Positions 49,124 through 59,348 are shown, counted from the first letter of the stretch. The stretch: DNA of 64,000 bases from Thermodesulfobacteriota bacterium (GCA_964291405.2 OZ219926.1:1600001-1664000), one strand, 5' to 3'. Numbers and translations: made by a program. Notes: generated by a model from the sequence alone, not told the origin.

Positions 49124-49930
49124 ATGCCGAACGATGTTTCTGCCCAGGACCTTTCTCCGCAAGAGATCATGGCCGTTTTTCTTGCCCGCGACCTGAAAGA
49201 CCGGGAACATTTGATGGTCGGAGTGGCCATGCCCATTGTTGAAGCCGCGGTGCGTCTGGCCCATCTGCTGCACGGCCCCAACATGGAGTTGATCTTCTTT
49301 GGCACCCGTATGAATGTTGCCGACCGGTATACCCTCCCCCTGCCGGCCTTTGCCTGGGATAACCGGGTGGTGCGCTGGGCGGAGTCGTTCAGCGACACGG
49401 GCCATCGTTTTGAAGATGTCAAGCACTGGCATAAGCGCGTGTTTTTTATTGGCGGGGTCCAGGTTGACCCGCACGGCAATACCAACTTGATCGGCGTTGG
49501 GCCCGACTATGCCACACTCCGCTTTCGTGGCCCTGGCTCGGTCGGTACGCCAACGCTCAGCACCCACGTTGGTCGCTATTATATCGTTCTCAATTCCCAC
49601 TCGCCGCGGATTCTGGTTGAACGCTGCGATTATATGAGCACCTATGGCTGGGGCAGCGGTGGGGCTGATGCCCGTAAAAAACTGGGGCTGCCCGGCGGGG
49701 GGCCCAAGTATTGTGTCACACCCTTATGCGTCATGGATTTTGACGAAGAAGACAAGCATATGCGCCTGCATTCCCTCCACCCAGGGGTGACGCCAGAAGA
49801 AGTACAGGCCCAAACCGGCTTTGCCCTCAAAATACCACTCCAGGTCCCAACCACCCCCGTACCAACCCCGGAAGAACTGCACGTGCTGCGCACTCGGGTC
49901 GATCCTGAGGGCCGTTTGAGGAAGATGTAG
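49124..49930 (+). CDS. Class I CoA-transferase-fold protein, subunit B (GctB/IpdB-like)
   Basis: GGVQVDPHGNTN, RGPGSVG, TPLCVMDF, LHPGVT, VDPEG. Confidence 0.85.
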   Translation: MPNDVSAQDLSPQEIMAVFLARDLKDREHLMVGVAMPIVEAAVRLAHLLHGPNMELIFFGTRMNVADRYTLPLPAFAWDNRVVRWAESFSDTGHRFEDVKHWHKRVFFIGGVQVDPHGNTNLIGVGPDYATLRFRGPGSVGTPTLSTHVGRYYIVLNSHSPRILVERCDYMSTYGWGSGGADARKKLGLPGGGPKYCVTPLCVMDFDEEDKHMRLHSLHPGVTPEEVQAQTGFALKIPLQVPTTPVPTPEELHVLRTRVDPEGRLRKM

Positions 49931-49994
49931 CCGAAGCAGGGGATGGCAACTACACGGTCTTCCCCACCCCAACACGTTCATTTGCATCACACGT

Positions 49995-50044
49995 CCTGGG
50001 AGAGCGGCCATCCTGGCCGCTTGCGGGCTGGAAGCCCGCACTCC
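49995..50044. repeat. REP-like palindromic doublet
   Basis: GCGGCCA-TCC-TGGCCGC and TGCGGGCT-GGA-AGCCCGCA, flanked by GGAG...CTCC. Confidence 0.55.
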
Positions 50045-50154
50045 TATAAGGAGAAGAGAGACGCACTAGGCCCCGCTCTCTTGATTTCCTGTCTCTGCCA
50101 AACTGTCGGGGCCTCAGCCCAGGGGGCGAGGGGTTGGGGTGAGGGCTCCTTACA

Positions 50155-50463
50155 CTATTCCGCCTCTCCGCTTTCAAACAGACCGGGCATCTCTTCTTCG
50201 GCAATAACGAGCGCCGAGGTGGGTCGTAGCGCGATACCGCTGGCCTCCCCGCCCGTCGCACTGCCGTCCATATTAATATGTTCCAGGCGAGCCGTGCAGG
50301 TGCCGTCGCGTTGGGTGTCGTATCCGACGACACGAAAAGGCAGCAGGATCAGGGTGCCGACCGGCTCTGGCTCTACCGGCTCACGCACCGTCTCGGTCAT
50401 CCCCGGCCCAATCACCTGGACTCGGTAATTCTCTTCTTTTGAAACATCCCGTACTGGTCGCAT
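50155..50463 (-). CDS. Hypothetical protein
   Basis: RBS AAGGAG before ATG; 102 aa; no motif recognised. Confidence 0.55.
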   Translation of the reverse strand: MRPVRDVSKEENYRVQVIGPGMTETVREPVEPEPVGTLILLPFRVVGYDTQRDGTCTARLEHINMDGSATGGEASGIALRPTSALVIAEEEMPGLFESGEAE

Positions 50464-50732
50464 CCCTGTCTCTCCTTCATGCTGCTCGAAGGTATAGTTT
50501 TATCGTCCTCGCAAGCAGGCATGTACATAGCAAACCACGCCTAACCTGACATCCGCCTCTGAGGAACTTTCCGGTCCCGGCGTCACACGCTTTTCACACC
50601 TGTGGCCCTTTACTCTTTTCGCAGAAGCGTTTATCTTCCCGGCGTACCGCTTCGGGTGTGGTTTTCGTGCGCCGGCACCCTGCGGAGGGCAGTCATTCAG
50701 TATTCCCAGAGACGAGGAGGATAAACGAAAAC

Positions 50733-52805
50733 ATGGACATCAACTCTGATGCGGTGTCTCTCTACGCAATGATTCTCGGCGTGATCGGGCTCATCGTGGC
50801 GTTTATTATTTTCAAGTCCGTTTCCAGTCAGCCTAGCGGCAGTGACCGCATGCAGGAGATTGCCAGCTCTATCTATGAAGGGGCCATGGCTTTTCTCAGG
50901 CGTGAATATCGAATCCTGATCATCTTCGTGCTGGTCGTCTTCGGCCTGCTCGCCTGGCAGGTCGCGCTTGAGACCGGTATCGCCTTTCTGACCGGTGCGA
51001 TCTGTTCTGCGCTGGCCGGCTATCTCGGTATGCAGTCGGCCACCAAGGCGAACGTCCGCACCTCTGAGGCCGCCAGGGCAGAGGGCGAGGGAGCCGCGCT
51101 GCTGGTGGCCTTCAATGGCGGGGCGGTCATGGGCCTGTCGGTCGCCAGCCTCGGCCTGCTCGGGGTCGGCGCTTTTCTCAGCCTGTACTCTGACCCGGCA
51201 ACCTCAACATACATCAGTGGCTTTGCCATGGGCGCGAGTTCCATCGCTCTGTTTGCTCGGGTCGGGGGCGGTATTTATACCAAAGCCGCGGACGTCGGCA
51301 GCGACCTGGTCGGCAAGGTTGAGGCCGGTATCCCCGAAGATGACCCCCGTAATCCCGGTGTGATTGCCGATAATGTCGGGGATAATGTCGGCGATGTGGC
51401 TGGTATGGGCGCGGATATTTTCGAGTCCTATGTGGGTTCCATCATTGCCACGATTGCGATCGGCGCGACGGTCATCGTGGGAAGCGATGTCTGGAACAAA
51501 CTAGGCGACGCGGGGGTGGAAGAAGCCGTGTTGCGCAATGCCCTCATGGCCCTGCCACTCAGCATGGCTGTCGTCGGCCTGCTGGCCTCCTTTCTGGGCA
51601 TCTTCTCGATGAAGGCGCTCAAGAACGTCGGGCCGCAGAACGCGCTGCGCTATTCCGGGTTCATTGCCGCGGGTGTGTTCATTATTGCGGCGCTCGTTCT
51701 GGTGAATGTCCTTCCCGTGGCGACCGGTATTTTCTGGGCGGTGGCGTCGGGTTGCGTAGTCGGTGTCGGAATCGGCCTGATCACCGAGTACTACACCTCG
51801 GCCTCGCCCGTAGCCCGGGTGGCAGAAGCCAGCAAGACGGGCTATGCCACCAACATCATTCACGGCCTGGCGGTCGGTCTGGAAAGCTGCGCACTGCCCG
51901 TCCTGGCCATTTGCGCTGCTATTTTTATTGCCAACCACTTTGCCGGCCTGTACGGCATTGGGATTGCCGGCGTCGGCATGCTGGCGACCGTAGGCGTTAC
52001 CATGTCTGTCGACGCCTACGGCCCCGTGGCAGACAACGCGGGTGGTATTTCCGAGATGGCCGAACTCGGCCCGGACGTCCGCAAGATTACTGACGGCCTG
52101 GACGCCCTGGGTAATACCACTGCAGCAATGGGAAAAGGCTTTGCAATCGGCTCTGCCGCCCTGACTGCCCTGGCCCTGTTTTCCGCGTTCACCCAAGCTG
52201 TTGACCAGAATCGACTGGCGGCGGGAATGGACCCGCTGCTCATCGTGGTAACCGATCCGGTCGTGGTCATTGGTCTGCTTCTGGGCGGGATTCTGCCGTT
52301 CTTTATCGGAGCCCTGACCATGACCGCGGTGGGCCGGGCAGCCGGTCAGATGGTAGATGAAATCCGGCGGCAGTTCCGCGAAATTCCCGGCCTGCTCGAA
52401 GGCAAGGAAGGCGCTCGGCCGGACGCGGCCCGCTGCGTGGATATTTCAACCGCAGCCGCCCTCAAGGAAATGATTCTGCCCGGTCTGACCGCGGTGATCG
52501 CTCCGGTCGTGGTCGGTCTGGTTCTTGGCGCCGCGGCTCTGGGTGGCATGCTCGCCGGGGCAACTGTTACCGGCGTGTTGCTGGCCCTGTTTATGGCCAA
52601 CGCGGGCGGCGCCTGGGACAACGCCAAAAAATCGATCGAAAAGGGCGAGGTTGAGGGCGAGGCCAAAGGCTCGGAAGCCCACAAGGCCACCGTCGTGGGC
52701 GACACGGTCGGCGACCCGCTGAAAGACACCTCGGGCCCCTCGCTCAACATCCTGATCAAGCTGATGGCGGTCGTGGCCCTGGTGATTGCGCCGCTGCTGG
52801 TATAG
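50733..52805 (+). CDS. hppA: Membrane-bound cation-translocating pyrophosphatase, K+-dependent type (probably Na+-pumping)
   Basis: [41 protein letters not shown] (Ala at the K+-dependence position), [14 protein letters not shown]. Confidence 0.95.
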   Translation: MDINSDAVSLYAMILGVIGLIVAFIIFKSVSSQPSGSDRMQEIASSIYEGAMAFLRREYRILIIFVLVVFGLLAWQVALETGIAFLTGAICSALAGYLGMQSATKANVRTSEAARAEGEGAALLVAFNGGAVMGLSVASLGLLGVGAFLSLYSDPATSTYISGFAMGASSIALFARVGGGIYTKAADVGSDLVGKVEAGIPEDDPRNPGVIADNVGDNVGDVAGMGADIFESYVGSIIATIAIGATVIVGSDVWNKLGDAGVEEAVLRNALMALPLSMAVVGLLASFLGIFSMKALKNVGPQNALRYSGFIAAGVFIIAALVLVNVLPVATGIFWAVASGCVVGVGIGLITEYYTSASPVARVAEASKTGYATNIIHGLAVGLESCALPVLAICAAIFIANHFAGLYGIGIAGVGMLATVGVTMSVDAYGPVADNAGGISEMAELGPDVRKITDGLDALGNTTAAMGKGFAIGSAALTALALFSAFTQAVDQNRLAAGMDPLLIVVTDPVVVIGLLLGGILPFFIGALTMTAVGRAAGQMVDEIRRQFREIPGLLEGKEGARPDAARCVDISTAAALKEMILPGLTAVIAPVVVGLVLGAAALGGMLAGATVTGVLLALFMANAGGAWDNAKKSIEKGEVEGEAKGSEAHKATVVGDTVGDPLKDTSGPSLNILIKLMAVVALVIAPLLV

Positions 52806-52829
52806 CCGTCGTTTTACCGTGCAGCATCT

Positions 52830-52860
52830 AAGGGCGGGTACCAGGTACCCGCCCTTTTTT
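52830..52860 (+). terminator. Rho-independent terminator
   Basis: AAGGGCGGGTACC-A-GGTACCCGCCCTT followed by a T tract. Confidence 0.85.
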
Positions 52861-52886
52861 GTTTGGGGTGTTGGCGGGCAAACTTA

Positions 52887-52957
52887 TTGACAAAGCAAGC
52901 CAATCGTATAGTCTTGGCTTCCCTAGTTGAAATTGATATTCATTATCAACTAGGGAA
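52887..52957 (+). promoter_or_regulatory. Sigma70-like promoter followed by a Fur-like box
   Basis: TTGACA at 52887 and TAGTCT at 52909 (16-nt spacer); GAAATTGATATTCATTATC matches the E. coli Fur consensus at 16/19. Confidence 0.8.
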
Positions 52958-53062
52958 AGAGACGGTAGAAATTGCGGCCAAGAAGGCCGCTAACCAATCG
53001 TTGAGGCCCGAGGTTCCCACACCCAGAGCCCGTAAGGACAGCAATCCTTGCGGGCTTTTTTT
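52921..53062 (+). ncRNA. Candidate iron-regulated leader RNA or sRNA, copy 1
   Basis: Bounded by a promoter and a 12-bp terminator AGCCCGTAAGGA/TCCTTGCGGGCT with T tract; homologous to 62195-62290. Confidence 0.55.
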
Positions 53063-53102
53063 ATGTCTCAGAGTCATTCGTCCGGTGCGAGGTATTGGCC
53101 CC

Positions 53103-53786
53103 ATGTATGCTGAATTGACAAGATTTTTAAGTGTCGGCGGGCCGGTTATCGGCCTGCTTATTTGCCTGTCGGTGGGTGCCCTGACCGTCATTCTGATCAA
53201 GCTGTGGCAATGGCGGCGGCAGCGACCCTGGCCGCGTGACATCACGGAACAGGCCCTTGCGAATCTGGAATACGGTGAGCGGACTCTGGCCATCAACCTG
53301 TTACAGGGTCAGCGGAACTATCAGGCTCGACTCATCAGCCACACGCTGCAACTGCTCGAAACCGGCGCGCTCTCCATTGAGGAGCTCAAGGATGAATCCA
53401 GGCGATTGGCACGTTCGTTCGTCGCCAAGCTGGACAGTTACGTACGCATCCTGGAAGTAATCGCGTCGTTAGCCCCCCTGCTGGGATTATTTGGAACCGT
53501 CCTCGGCATGATTGACGCCTTTCAGGCCATGGAGGCCGCGGGCACACAGGTCAATCCGAGCGTCCTTTCGGGTGGTATCTGGAAGGCATTGCTCACAACC
53601 GCAGCCGGACTCGCCATCGCCATTCCGGTCTCAATGGCGAACAGTTGGTTTGAACGCAGGATTGAGGTTGAGGCAACCGCCATGCTGGACCGGCTGGAGC
53701 GTATTTTCACTCTTGAGGCGAAAAAGCGGGCCGAACACAGGGTCGAACATCTGCACGTGCAGCCCGGCTCCCGGCTGGCAGGATGA
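53103..53786 (+). CDS. exbB: MotA/TolQ/ExbB proton channel
   Basis: APLLGLFGTVLGMI, GGIWKALLTTAAGLAIAIP. Confidence 0.92.
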   Translation: MYAELTRFLSVGGPVIGLLICLSVGALTVILIKLWQWRRQRPWPRDITEQALANLEYGERTLAINLLQGQRNYQARLISHTLQLLETGALSIEELKDESRRLARSFVAKLDSYVRILEVIASLAPLLGLFGTVLGMIDAFQAMEAAGTQVNPSVLSGGIWKALLTTAAGLAIAIPVSMANSWFERRIEVEATAMLDRLERIFTLEAKKRAEHRVEHLHVQPGSRLAG

Positions 53787-54196
53787 ACGAGACGCCGCTG
53801 TATTATCCACGCCGCCAGCCCATCAGCCTTACCCCGCTGATCGATGTGGTGTTCATTTTGCTGATGTTCTTCATGTTGACGTCTACTTTTACGCGCTGGA
53901 AGGCGGTTGACCTGCGGTTGCCCGTCGCCAGTTCCGACGCCAGCCCGAAGAAACCCCAGGCGTTACTCCTGTATACGGATGGCTCGATCTCGTTGCGCGG
54001 ACGCCCGTTTCAGCTTTCGGACCCCGACGCGGAAGCGGCTCTCTCCGTCGCCCTTGATCCCGCTCGACCGGTCGTTGTGTTTCCCGAAGCCGACACCCGC
54101 GTGCAAACCATTATCTCCACCTTCGAGGGGCTCACCGCGGCAGGTGTTTCGGGCGCCGTTTTGGGAGTAGCCCTGGAACGGGAGGCAGAAGATTGA
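53783..54196 (+). CDS. exbD: ExbD/TolR protein
   Basis: LTPLIDVVFILLMFFML. Confidence 0.9.
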   Translation: MNETPLYYPRRQPISLTPLIDVVFILLMFFMLTSTFTRWKAVDLRLPVASSDASPKKPQALLLYTDGSISLRGRPFQLSDPDAEAALSVALDPARPVVVFPEADTRVQTIISTFEGLTAAGVSGAVLGVALEREAED

Positions 54197-54639
54197 ATCC
54201 TCGTCGGGCCGACATCCTCCTCACACACGTCAATCTACGCCGAGGACGGAGCAGTGATATTGGCGTGATTCCGCTGATAAACATCGTCCTGCTGCTGCTG
54301 ATTTTCTTTTTGATTGCCGGCCAAATGGCCGACCGGCGGGACCAACAGGGCTTCCAACCTCCGACTTCCGTCAGCAACAAACCCATCCGCCACCAACCCA
54401 TTACGCTGTCGCTGAATACACGCCGACAGCCTGCCCTCAACGGAAAGGAGCTTTCGTTCGAGGCCCTCGGTTCGGCCCTGCAAGTCGCGCTGGCCGACGA
54501 CACCCAACAGGTGGCACTGAAAATAGACCGGGACGTAACGGCCGGCACGCTCGACAAGCTCCTGGATGTCATTCGCTCCCACAATGTCACGACGGTAATG
54601 CTGTACAGCGTGAATGCGGAGGACCGGAGCCAGCCATGA
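54193..54639 (+). CDS. exbD: Second ExbD/TolR protein (Asn in place of the conserved TM Asp)
   Basis: VIPLINIVLLLLIFFLIAG, LKID. Confidence 0.85.
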   Translation: MNPRRADILLTHVNLRRGRSSDIGVIPLINIVLLLLIFFLIAGQMADRRDQQGFQPPTSVSNKPIRHQPITLSLNTRRQPALNGKELSFEALGSALQVALADDTQQVALKIDRDVTAGTLDKLLDVIRSHNVTTVMLYSVNAEDRSQP

Positions 54640-55511
54640 AATACCTGCACTGGGGTTTCGCGTTCGGGGCCGCGCTCGGAATTCATCTCGTGAGTGCGTA
54701 TGCATATTTCAATTGGGTCCCCCAACAGTCCCAACCGCGTGGGGCGATTGACTTGGGTGAAGGCGGGGTCGAGATCGGCCTGGGCCGGATTGGCTCGTAT
54801 GCAGACCTGACCGAGCGACCCGTAGTGCCGTCCGTATCCGACCAAGCCAAAACCAACGCCGCGCAGCAGGAAACAGATCCGGGGTCACAAAACGTCGAGG
54901 TCAAACCGTCTCCCCCTGCACAACCCCTGCCGGATATGAAGCCGGTAGAGGTTCCCGCTCCCGAGCCTCCGGTCGTCCCGGTCGAAAAACAGGCAGTGGT
55001 GGCTAAACGACCACCGGTCGAACCGTCAGAAACCCTCCCCCGTCCTCCCGAACCTGAGCAACCGATGCAGACAAAGCCGAGTCCCCAATATGAGGCTGCG
55101 TCCAGTCTACCGACCAGCCCTGACGTATCGACCCAAGCCGCGCCCAGCCCACGCTCATCCGTGGCGATGCGCGCGACTGGAAAACGGCAACGTCCGACTT
55201 TAGGCGGACGGGTCGGCAACCCAAAAGACTATTTCAGCTTGCTCATCGCTTGGCTAAACCAACACAAAGACTATCCCCCCGCGGTCAAGAAGAAAAAACA
55301 GCAGGGCACGGTAGTCTTGGCGTTTTCCATTGACCGCAGCGGCACCGTGCTCACCTCCCGCGTCCAAGAAAGTTCCGGCTATCCGTTATTGGATCAGGCT
55401 GCGCTCGACATGCTGGCCCGAGCCAACCCGCTGCCGGCCATGCCCGACTCCATGCCGCGCCAACGCCTGCGCCTGGCGGTGCCCATCGAATATTCGCTGG
55501 TAACGGAATAG
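54636..55511 (+). CDS. tonB: Energy transducer TonB
   Basis: TM anchor with His, Pro-rich linker, KDYP...QGTV...SSGYPLLDQAA. Confidence 0.9.
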   Translation: MKYLHWGFAFGAALGIHLVSAYAYFNWVPQQSQPRGAIDLGEGGVEIGLGRIGSYADLTERPVVPSVSDQAKTNAAQQETDPGSQNVEVKPSPPAQPLPDMKPVEVPAPEPPVVPVEKQAVVAKRPPVEPSETLPRPPEPEQPMQTKPSPQYEAASSLPTSPDVSTQAAPSPRSSVAMRATGKRQRPTLGGRVGNPKDYFSLLIAWLNQHKDYPPAVKKKKQQGTVVLAFSIDRSGTVLTSRVQESSGYPLLDQAALDMLARANPLPAMPDSMPRQRLRLAVPIEYSLVTE

Positions 55512-55534
55512 CGCCAGAATAACGGACGCGGCGC

Positions 55535-56134
55535 ATGAACGTGGACACACGCAATTTGAATCCCCCTCCGCCACGCAGACACTTGGTTGTCACCTGTCTC
55601 GTGGCTGTTGCGTTAGCGCTGAATGTTGTCCTTGTGATGTTGGCTCCCCCGGTCTCAGCCCAAGAAGCTCAGGCCACGATCACCCTGGACGTCCTCCACA
55701 TTCAGGGCCGCGTCATTGGAGAGCCCGACTGCATCACGTTTCGACACAGTCGAGCTCGTGACAGCTTCTGTGTCAGCCTTCACACACCTGACTACCGACC
55801 AAGGAGACGGTCCGGTCAACAACCCGAAGCAAAGGCTGCGCGCCCAGGCGACTACCCAAGCCAGCTTCTGGCACGGCTGAGCCAATACAAAAACTATCTG
55901 CCAGCACTGCGAAAAAAGCGGCAACAGGGCACCGTGGTGTTGGCGTTCTGCATTGACCGCAGCGGCTCAGTGCTCGCCTCCCATGTCCGAGAAAGTTCGG
56001 ACCATCCGCTGCTGGACCAAACCGCACTTGACCTGTTGGTCAAAGCCAGTCCACTACCGGCCATGCCGGATTCCACAACGCACGAGCGCCTGCATTTCGT
56101 GCTGCCAGTCAAGTTCTCCCTGACCACACGATGA
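55535..56134 (+). CDS. Short TonB C-terminal-domain paralog with an atypical N-terminus
   Basis: C-terminal ~90 aa closely copy the upstream TonB domain; no Pro-rich linker. Confidence 0.65.
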   Translation: MNVDTRNLNPPPPRRHLVVTCLVAVALALNVVLVMLAPPVSAQEAQATITLDVLHIQGRVIGEPDCITFRHSRARDSFCVSLHTPDYRPRRRSGQQPEAKAARPGDYPSQLLARLSQYKNYLPALRKKRQQGTVVLAFCIDRSGSVLASHVRESSDHPLLDQTALDLLVKASPLPAMPDSTTHERLHFVLPVKFSLTTR

Positions 56135-56163
56135 CAAATGTCCACACACGGAAGGAGCAAAGC

Positions 56164-57567
56164 ATGAAGCACAAGAAAAAGAGAGCAGGAAAGGTGAAGA
56201 AACCGCTGGAACCGTGCCGGTCCGCCACCTCTACTATGACCAATAATGCGGTCGCCCTGAGCATTTCCGCAGTGATGTTGGGTGGCACGGCCCTGGCCCA
56301 GGAGGCCCAGGACGAAGAGGAGGCCGTCTTGCTGGACAAAGTCCAGATTCAGGACCGTACAATCGATACCAACCCCTATGCCGAGTCCGGCGTGCCGTAT
56401 AAGGCCCGCGTCTCGGGTGACCTGCGCCGCCTGGAGGAACTGGCCGACACGCCCCAGACCATGACCGTACTGACCCAGACCCAGATCGAAGATTCAGGCA
56501 AATCCGATTTGCGTGAGATATTATCCGCTCAGCCCGGTATCACCTTGGGAACGGGTGAGGGCGGCAACGCCTTTGGCGACCGTTATATCATTCGTGGTCA
56601 CGAAGCCCGTAGCGACGTGTTCGTAGACGGCATGCGCGACCCCGGCATGACCATCCGCGAGAGCTTCGCTCTGGAACAGGTCGAAATCACCAAAGGTCCC
56701 AGCTCGACCTTTGCCGGTCGCGGCTCGACGGGTGGGGCCATCAACGGCATCACCAAACAGGCCAGCAGCGAATACGATTTCGTCAAGTTTCAAGGCGGCC
56801 TGGGTACCGACGAGTATTACCGGGTGCATCTGGACGCCAATAAACGTTTCACCGATGAACTGGCCGTACGGGCCAACCTGCTGTACGCCAACGAGGAAGT
56901 GCCGGACCGGGCACCCGCAGAACGTTTGCGCCGCGGCGCGGCGGTGTCCGGCAGATACGACCCCACGGACAATAAGTTCTACCTGTCCTTTGATTATTAT
57001 TTTCTTGATGCGGAGGACGACCCTGACCTCGGGACCCAGATTGAACAGTTCGGCAACCCCTTTGATGATATTCCGGTCTATCTGCAAAAGGACCGCGATT
57101 TTCTCAAGTCGGAGGTGCATACTTTTACGTTTCGGGGCGGCTATGAATTCAACGATAATTTCCGGCTGGAAAGCGTCACCCGCTATGGATTCACCGACAA
57201 CGGCTACGTGCTGACCGGAACCAGCGCCTTCTGGAAGCTGACCGGCACGGATCAAGTGGCGTGGCGGTTGAGCCAAAAAGACGGCTGGCAGGAGGTGGAC
57301 TATGTTGCCACCCAACTCAATGCCTTTCTGGACACTGGTCTGAGTTTTACCCAGCACGGTCTACTCTTGGGTGTGGAGTACTCGGAACATAATGTGCTCA
57401 ACGGACGCTATAATGTCGACCCCAGAGGCACACCCAATTGCGATGTCGAGGGGGTCTGGCGCGGCACGCTGTACAGCCGCCCCGGCAGTTATTGCATGTA
57501 CGATAACAGCGGCAATCTGACCGCCAACCTGAACAGCTTCATGGACCTCGCCATCAGCCGGGGCGAC
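56164..57567 (+). pseudogene. TonB-dependent siderophore receptor (Fiu/PiuA-like), C-terminally truncated
   Basis: DTPQT, GTGEGGNAFGDR, EQVEITKGPSS; after ~57567 the frame is just the antisense of hmuU. Confidence 0.8.
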
Positions 57568-58500
57568 AACGGTGCGAGCCAGCGTGTCGGCCACCAGCAG
57601 CAGGGTCGCACCCAGCAGAGCGGAGGCCGGAATCAACAGGCGGTGGTCCGGCCCGATGGTGAGGCGGATCATATGCGGTACGACCAGGCCCACGAAGCCG
57701 ATGATCCCGCTCGTTGCTACCGCAGCGCCGACCGCAAGGGCGACACAGATGGTCACGTTGCGTTTCAGCTGTTCACTATTGATACCGAGATAGCGCGCTT
57801 CATCCTCGCCGAGCAGCAGGATATTCAGTTTTTGGGCATTCCGAATCAGCAGCAGCGTTGCCGGCAGGACGAGCGTGGTGGCCACACTGAGTGTGGGCCA
57901 GAGGGCCGCGCCGAGGCTACCCATGGTCCAGAACGTCAAGGCGCGCAACTGGGTATCGTCGCTCAGATAGGTCAGGAAGCCGGTTCCGGCTCCGCTCAGC
58001 GCGTTGATGGCAATACCGGCCAGCAGCATATAGGTGACGGAAAAGGTTTCCATCTGTCGGGCCAGCCGAAAAATCAGCAGACAGGCCAGCAGCCCGCCGA
58101 TAAAGGCGGCGATACTCAGCCCGTACAAGCCCAGCGTACCCGTCAGAGGTCCGGCCCAGACGATCATGACCGCAACGGCCAGGGCCGCGCCGCTGGCAAT
58201 GCCGATCAGGCCGGGGTCGGCCAGAGGGTTGCGGAACAAGCCCTGCAAGGCCGCACCGGAAACGGCCAGGGCCGCGCCGACAACGCTGGCCAGCAGCACA
58301 CGCGGCAGCCGGATGGAGAAGAGGACGGCTTCCTGCTGCGTATTCAGGCTGCCGTCGAACAGCGCAACGACCGGCACGGACACCGCACCGATGCATGCAG
58401 CCGTAAGGGCAGTCAGGACGAATACCCCGCCCAGCAGCACCAACACGATCGCCCGAAGCCGCAGGAAGGGCAATACCACTGGTTTCGCTGCCCCGCTCAC
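57554..58500 (-). pseudogene. hmuU: Heme ABC transporter permease, last helix missing
   Basis: IRLPRVL, QGLFRNPLADPG, GIIGFVGLVVPH, ADTLARTVVAPA, then sequence antisense to the receptor instead of the usual ELPxG helix. Confidence 0.8.
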
Positions 58501-59348
58501 AAGCCCTGATACGCCTCGTGCAGTGTGGCCGCAGCTTGCACGGTACGCGGGCCAAACCCCAGCAACAGCAGGGCATCCATGACGATCAGGCTGCCGGTCC
58601 TGGCGGCCGGCGTGAGGGACAGCCCTGGAGCGGTCAGCAGGGCGTCCTTGCCGCCGGCCTGCGCAAGCCCCCGGGCCGTGGTGAGAATCACGTCCGGCTG
58701 CAGGGCGGCCGCGGCCTCCGGCGTAAGGGGCTTGTAGCCGGCATAGCCGGAGACGGCGTTCCGGGCACCCGAGAGTCTGATGATGCTGTCCGCGGCAGTC
58801 TCTCGGCCGGCCGCCATCGGCGCGCCGCCGCCATGCTGGAGAATGAAAAGTACCCGTTTGTCAGTCGGGTGCCCGGCCGTGACTTTTGCCAACTCGGCAG
58901 TCTGATGGTCAATGGCATCAGTCAGGGCGCTACCCGCTCGTTCTTTTTTCAGGGCGCTGGCAATCACCCGGATGGCGTCCCGTACATCCGCCAGCGAACG
59001 GCCGGCCCTCAGACTCAGGATCGGAATATTGGCCGCCTGCAACTGTGCCAGCACGGCCGGCGGTCCAGCTTCTTCGGTCAGAATCACGAGGTCGGGATAC
59101 AGCGAGACAATCCCCTCCGCGGACAGGGTGCGCTGATAACCGACCTTAGGCAGGCGTTCGGCTTCCGGCGGATAATAACTGGTGGTGTCGTTACCGACCA
59201 GCATCTCCTGCGCTTCCAGCGCATAGACGATTTCCGTCAGGGCTCCGCCAATGGTGACAACGCGGCGCGGCGCCTCGGCAAGGGCCGGCAACGCAAAAAA
59301 GATCAACCCCCAGGCCAGAATGAGACGCCGAACGGAGTCCGCTACCAT
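58497..59348 (-). CDS. hmuT: Heme ABC transporter periplasmic binding protein
   Basis: RVVTIGGALTEIVYAL, VGYQRTLSAEG (Tyr ligand), GYKPL, LLGFGPR. Confidence 0.9.
   Translation of the reverse strand: MVADSVRRLILAWGLIFFALPALAEAPRRVVTIGGALTEIVYALEAQEMLVGNDTTSYYPPEAERLPKVGYQRTLSAEGIVSLYPDLVILTEEAGPPAVLAQLQAANIPILSLRAGRSLADVRDAIRVIASALKKERAGSALTDAIDHQTAELAKVTAGHPTDKRVLFILQHGGGAPMAAGRETAADSIIRLSGARNAVSGYAGYKPLTPEAAAALQPDVILTTARGLAQAGGKDALLTAPGLSLTPAARTGSLIVMDALLLLGFGPRTVQAAATLHEAYQGL

Noticed and set aside
56131-58509. 792-aa ORF as a full-length receptor with a novel Q/G/R-rich domain
   Set aside because: The last ~310 aa are the antisense reading of hmuU, not a real domain.
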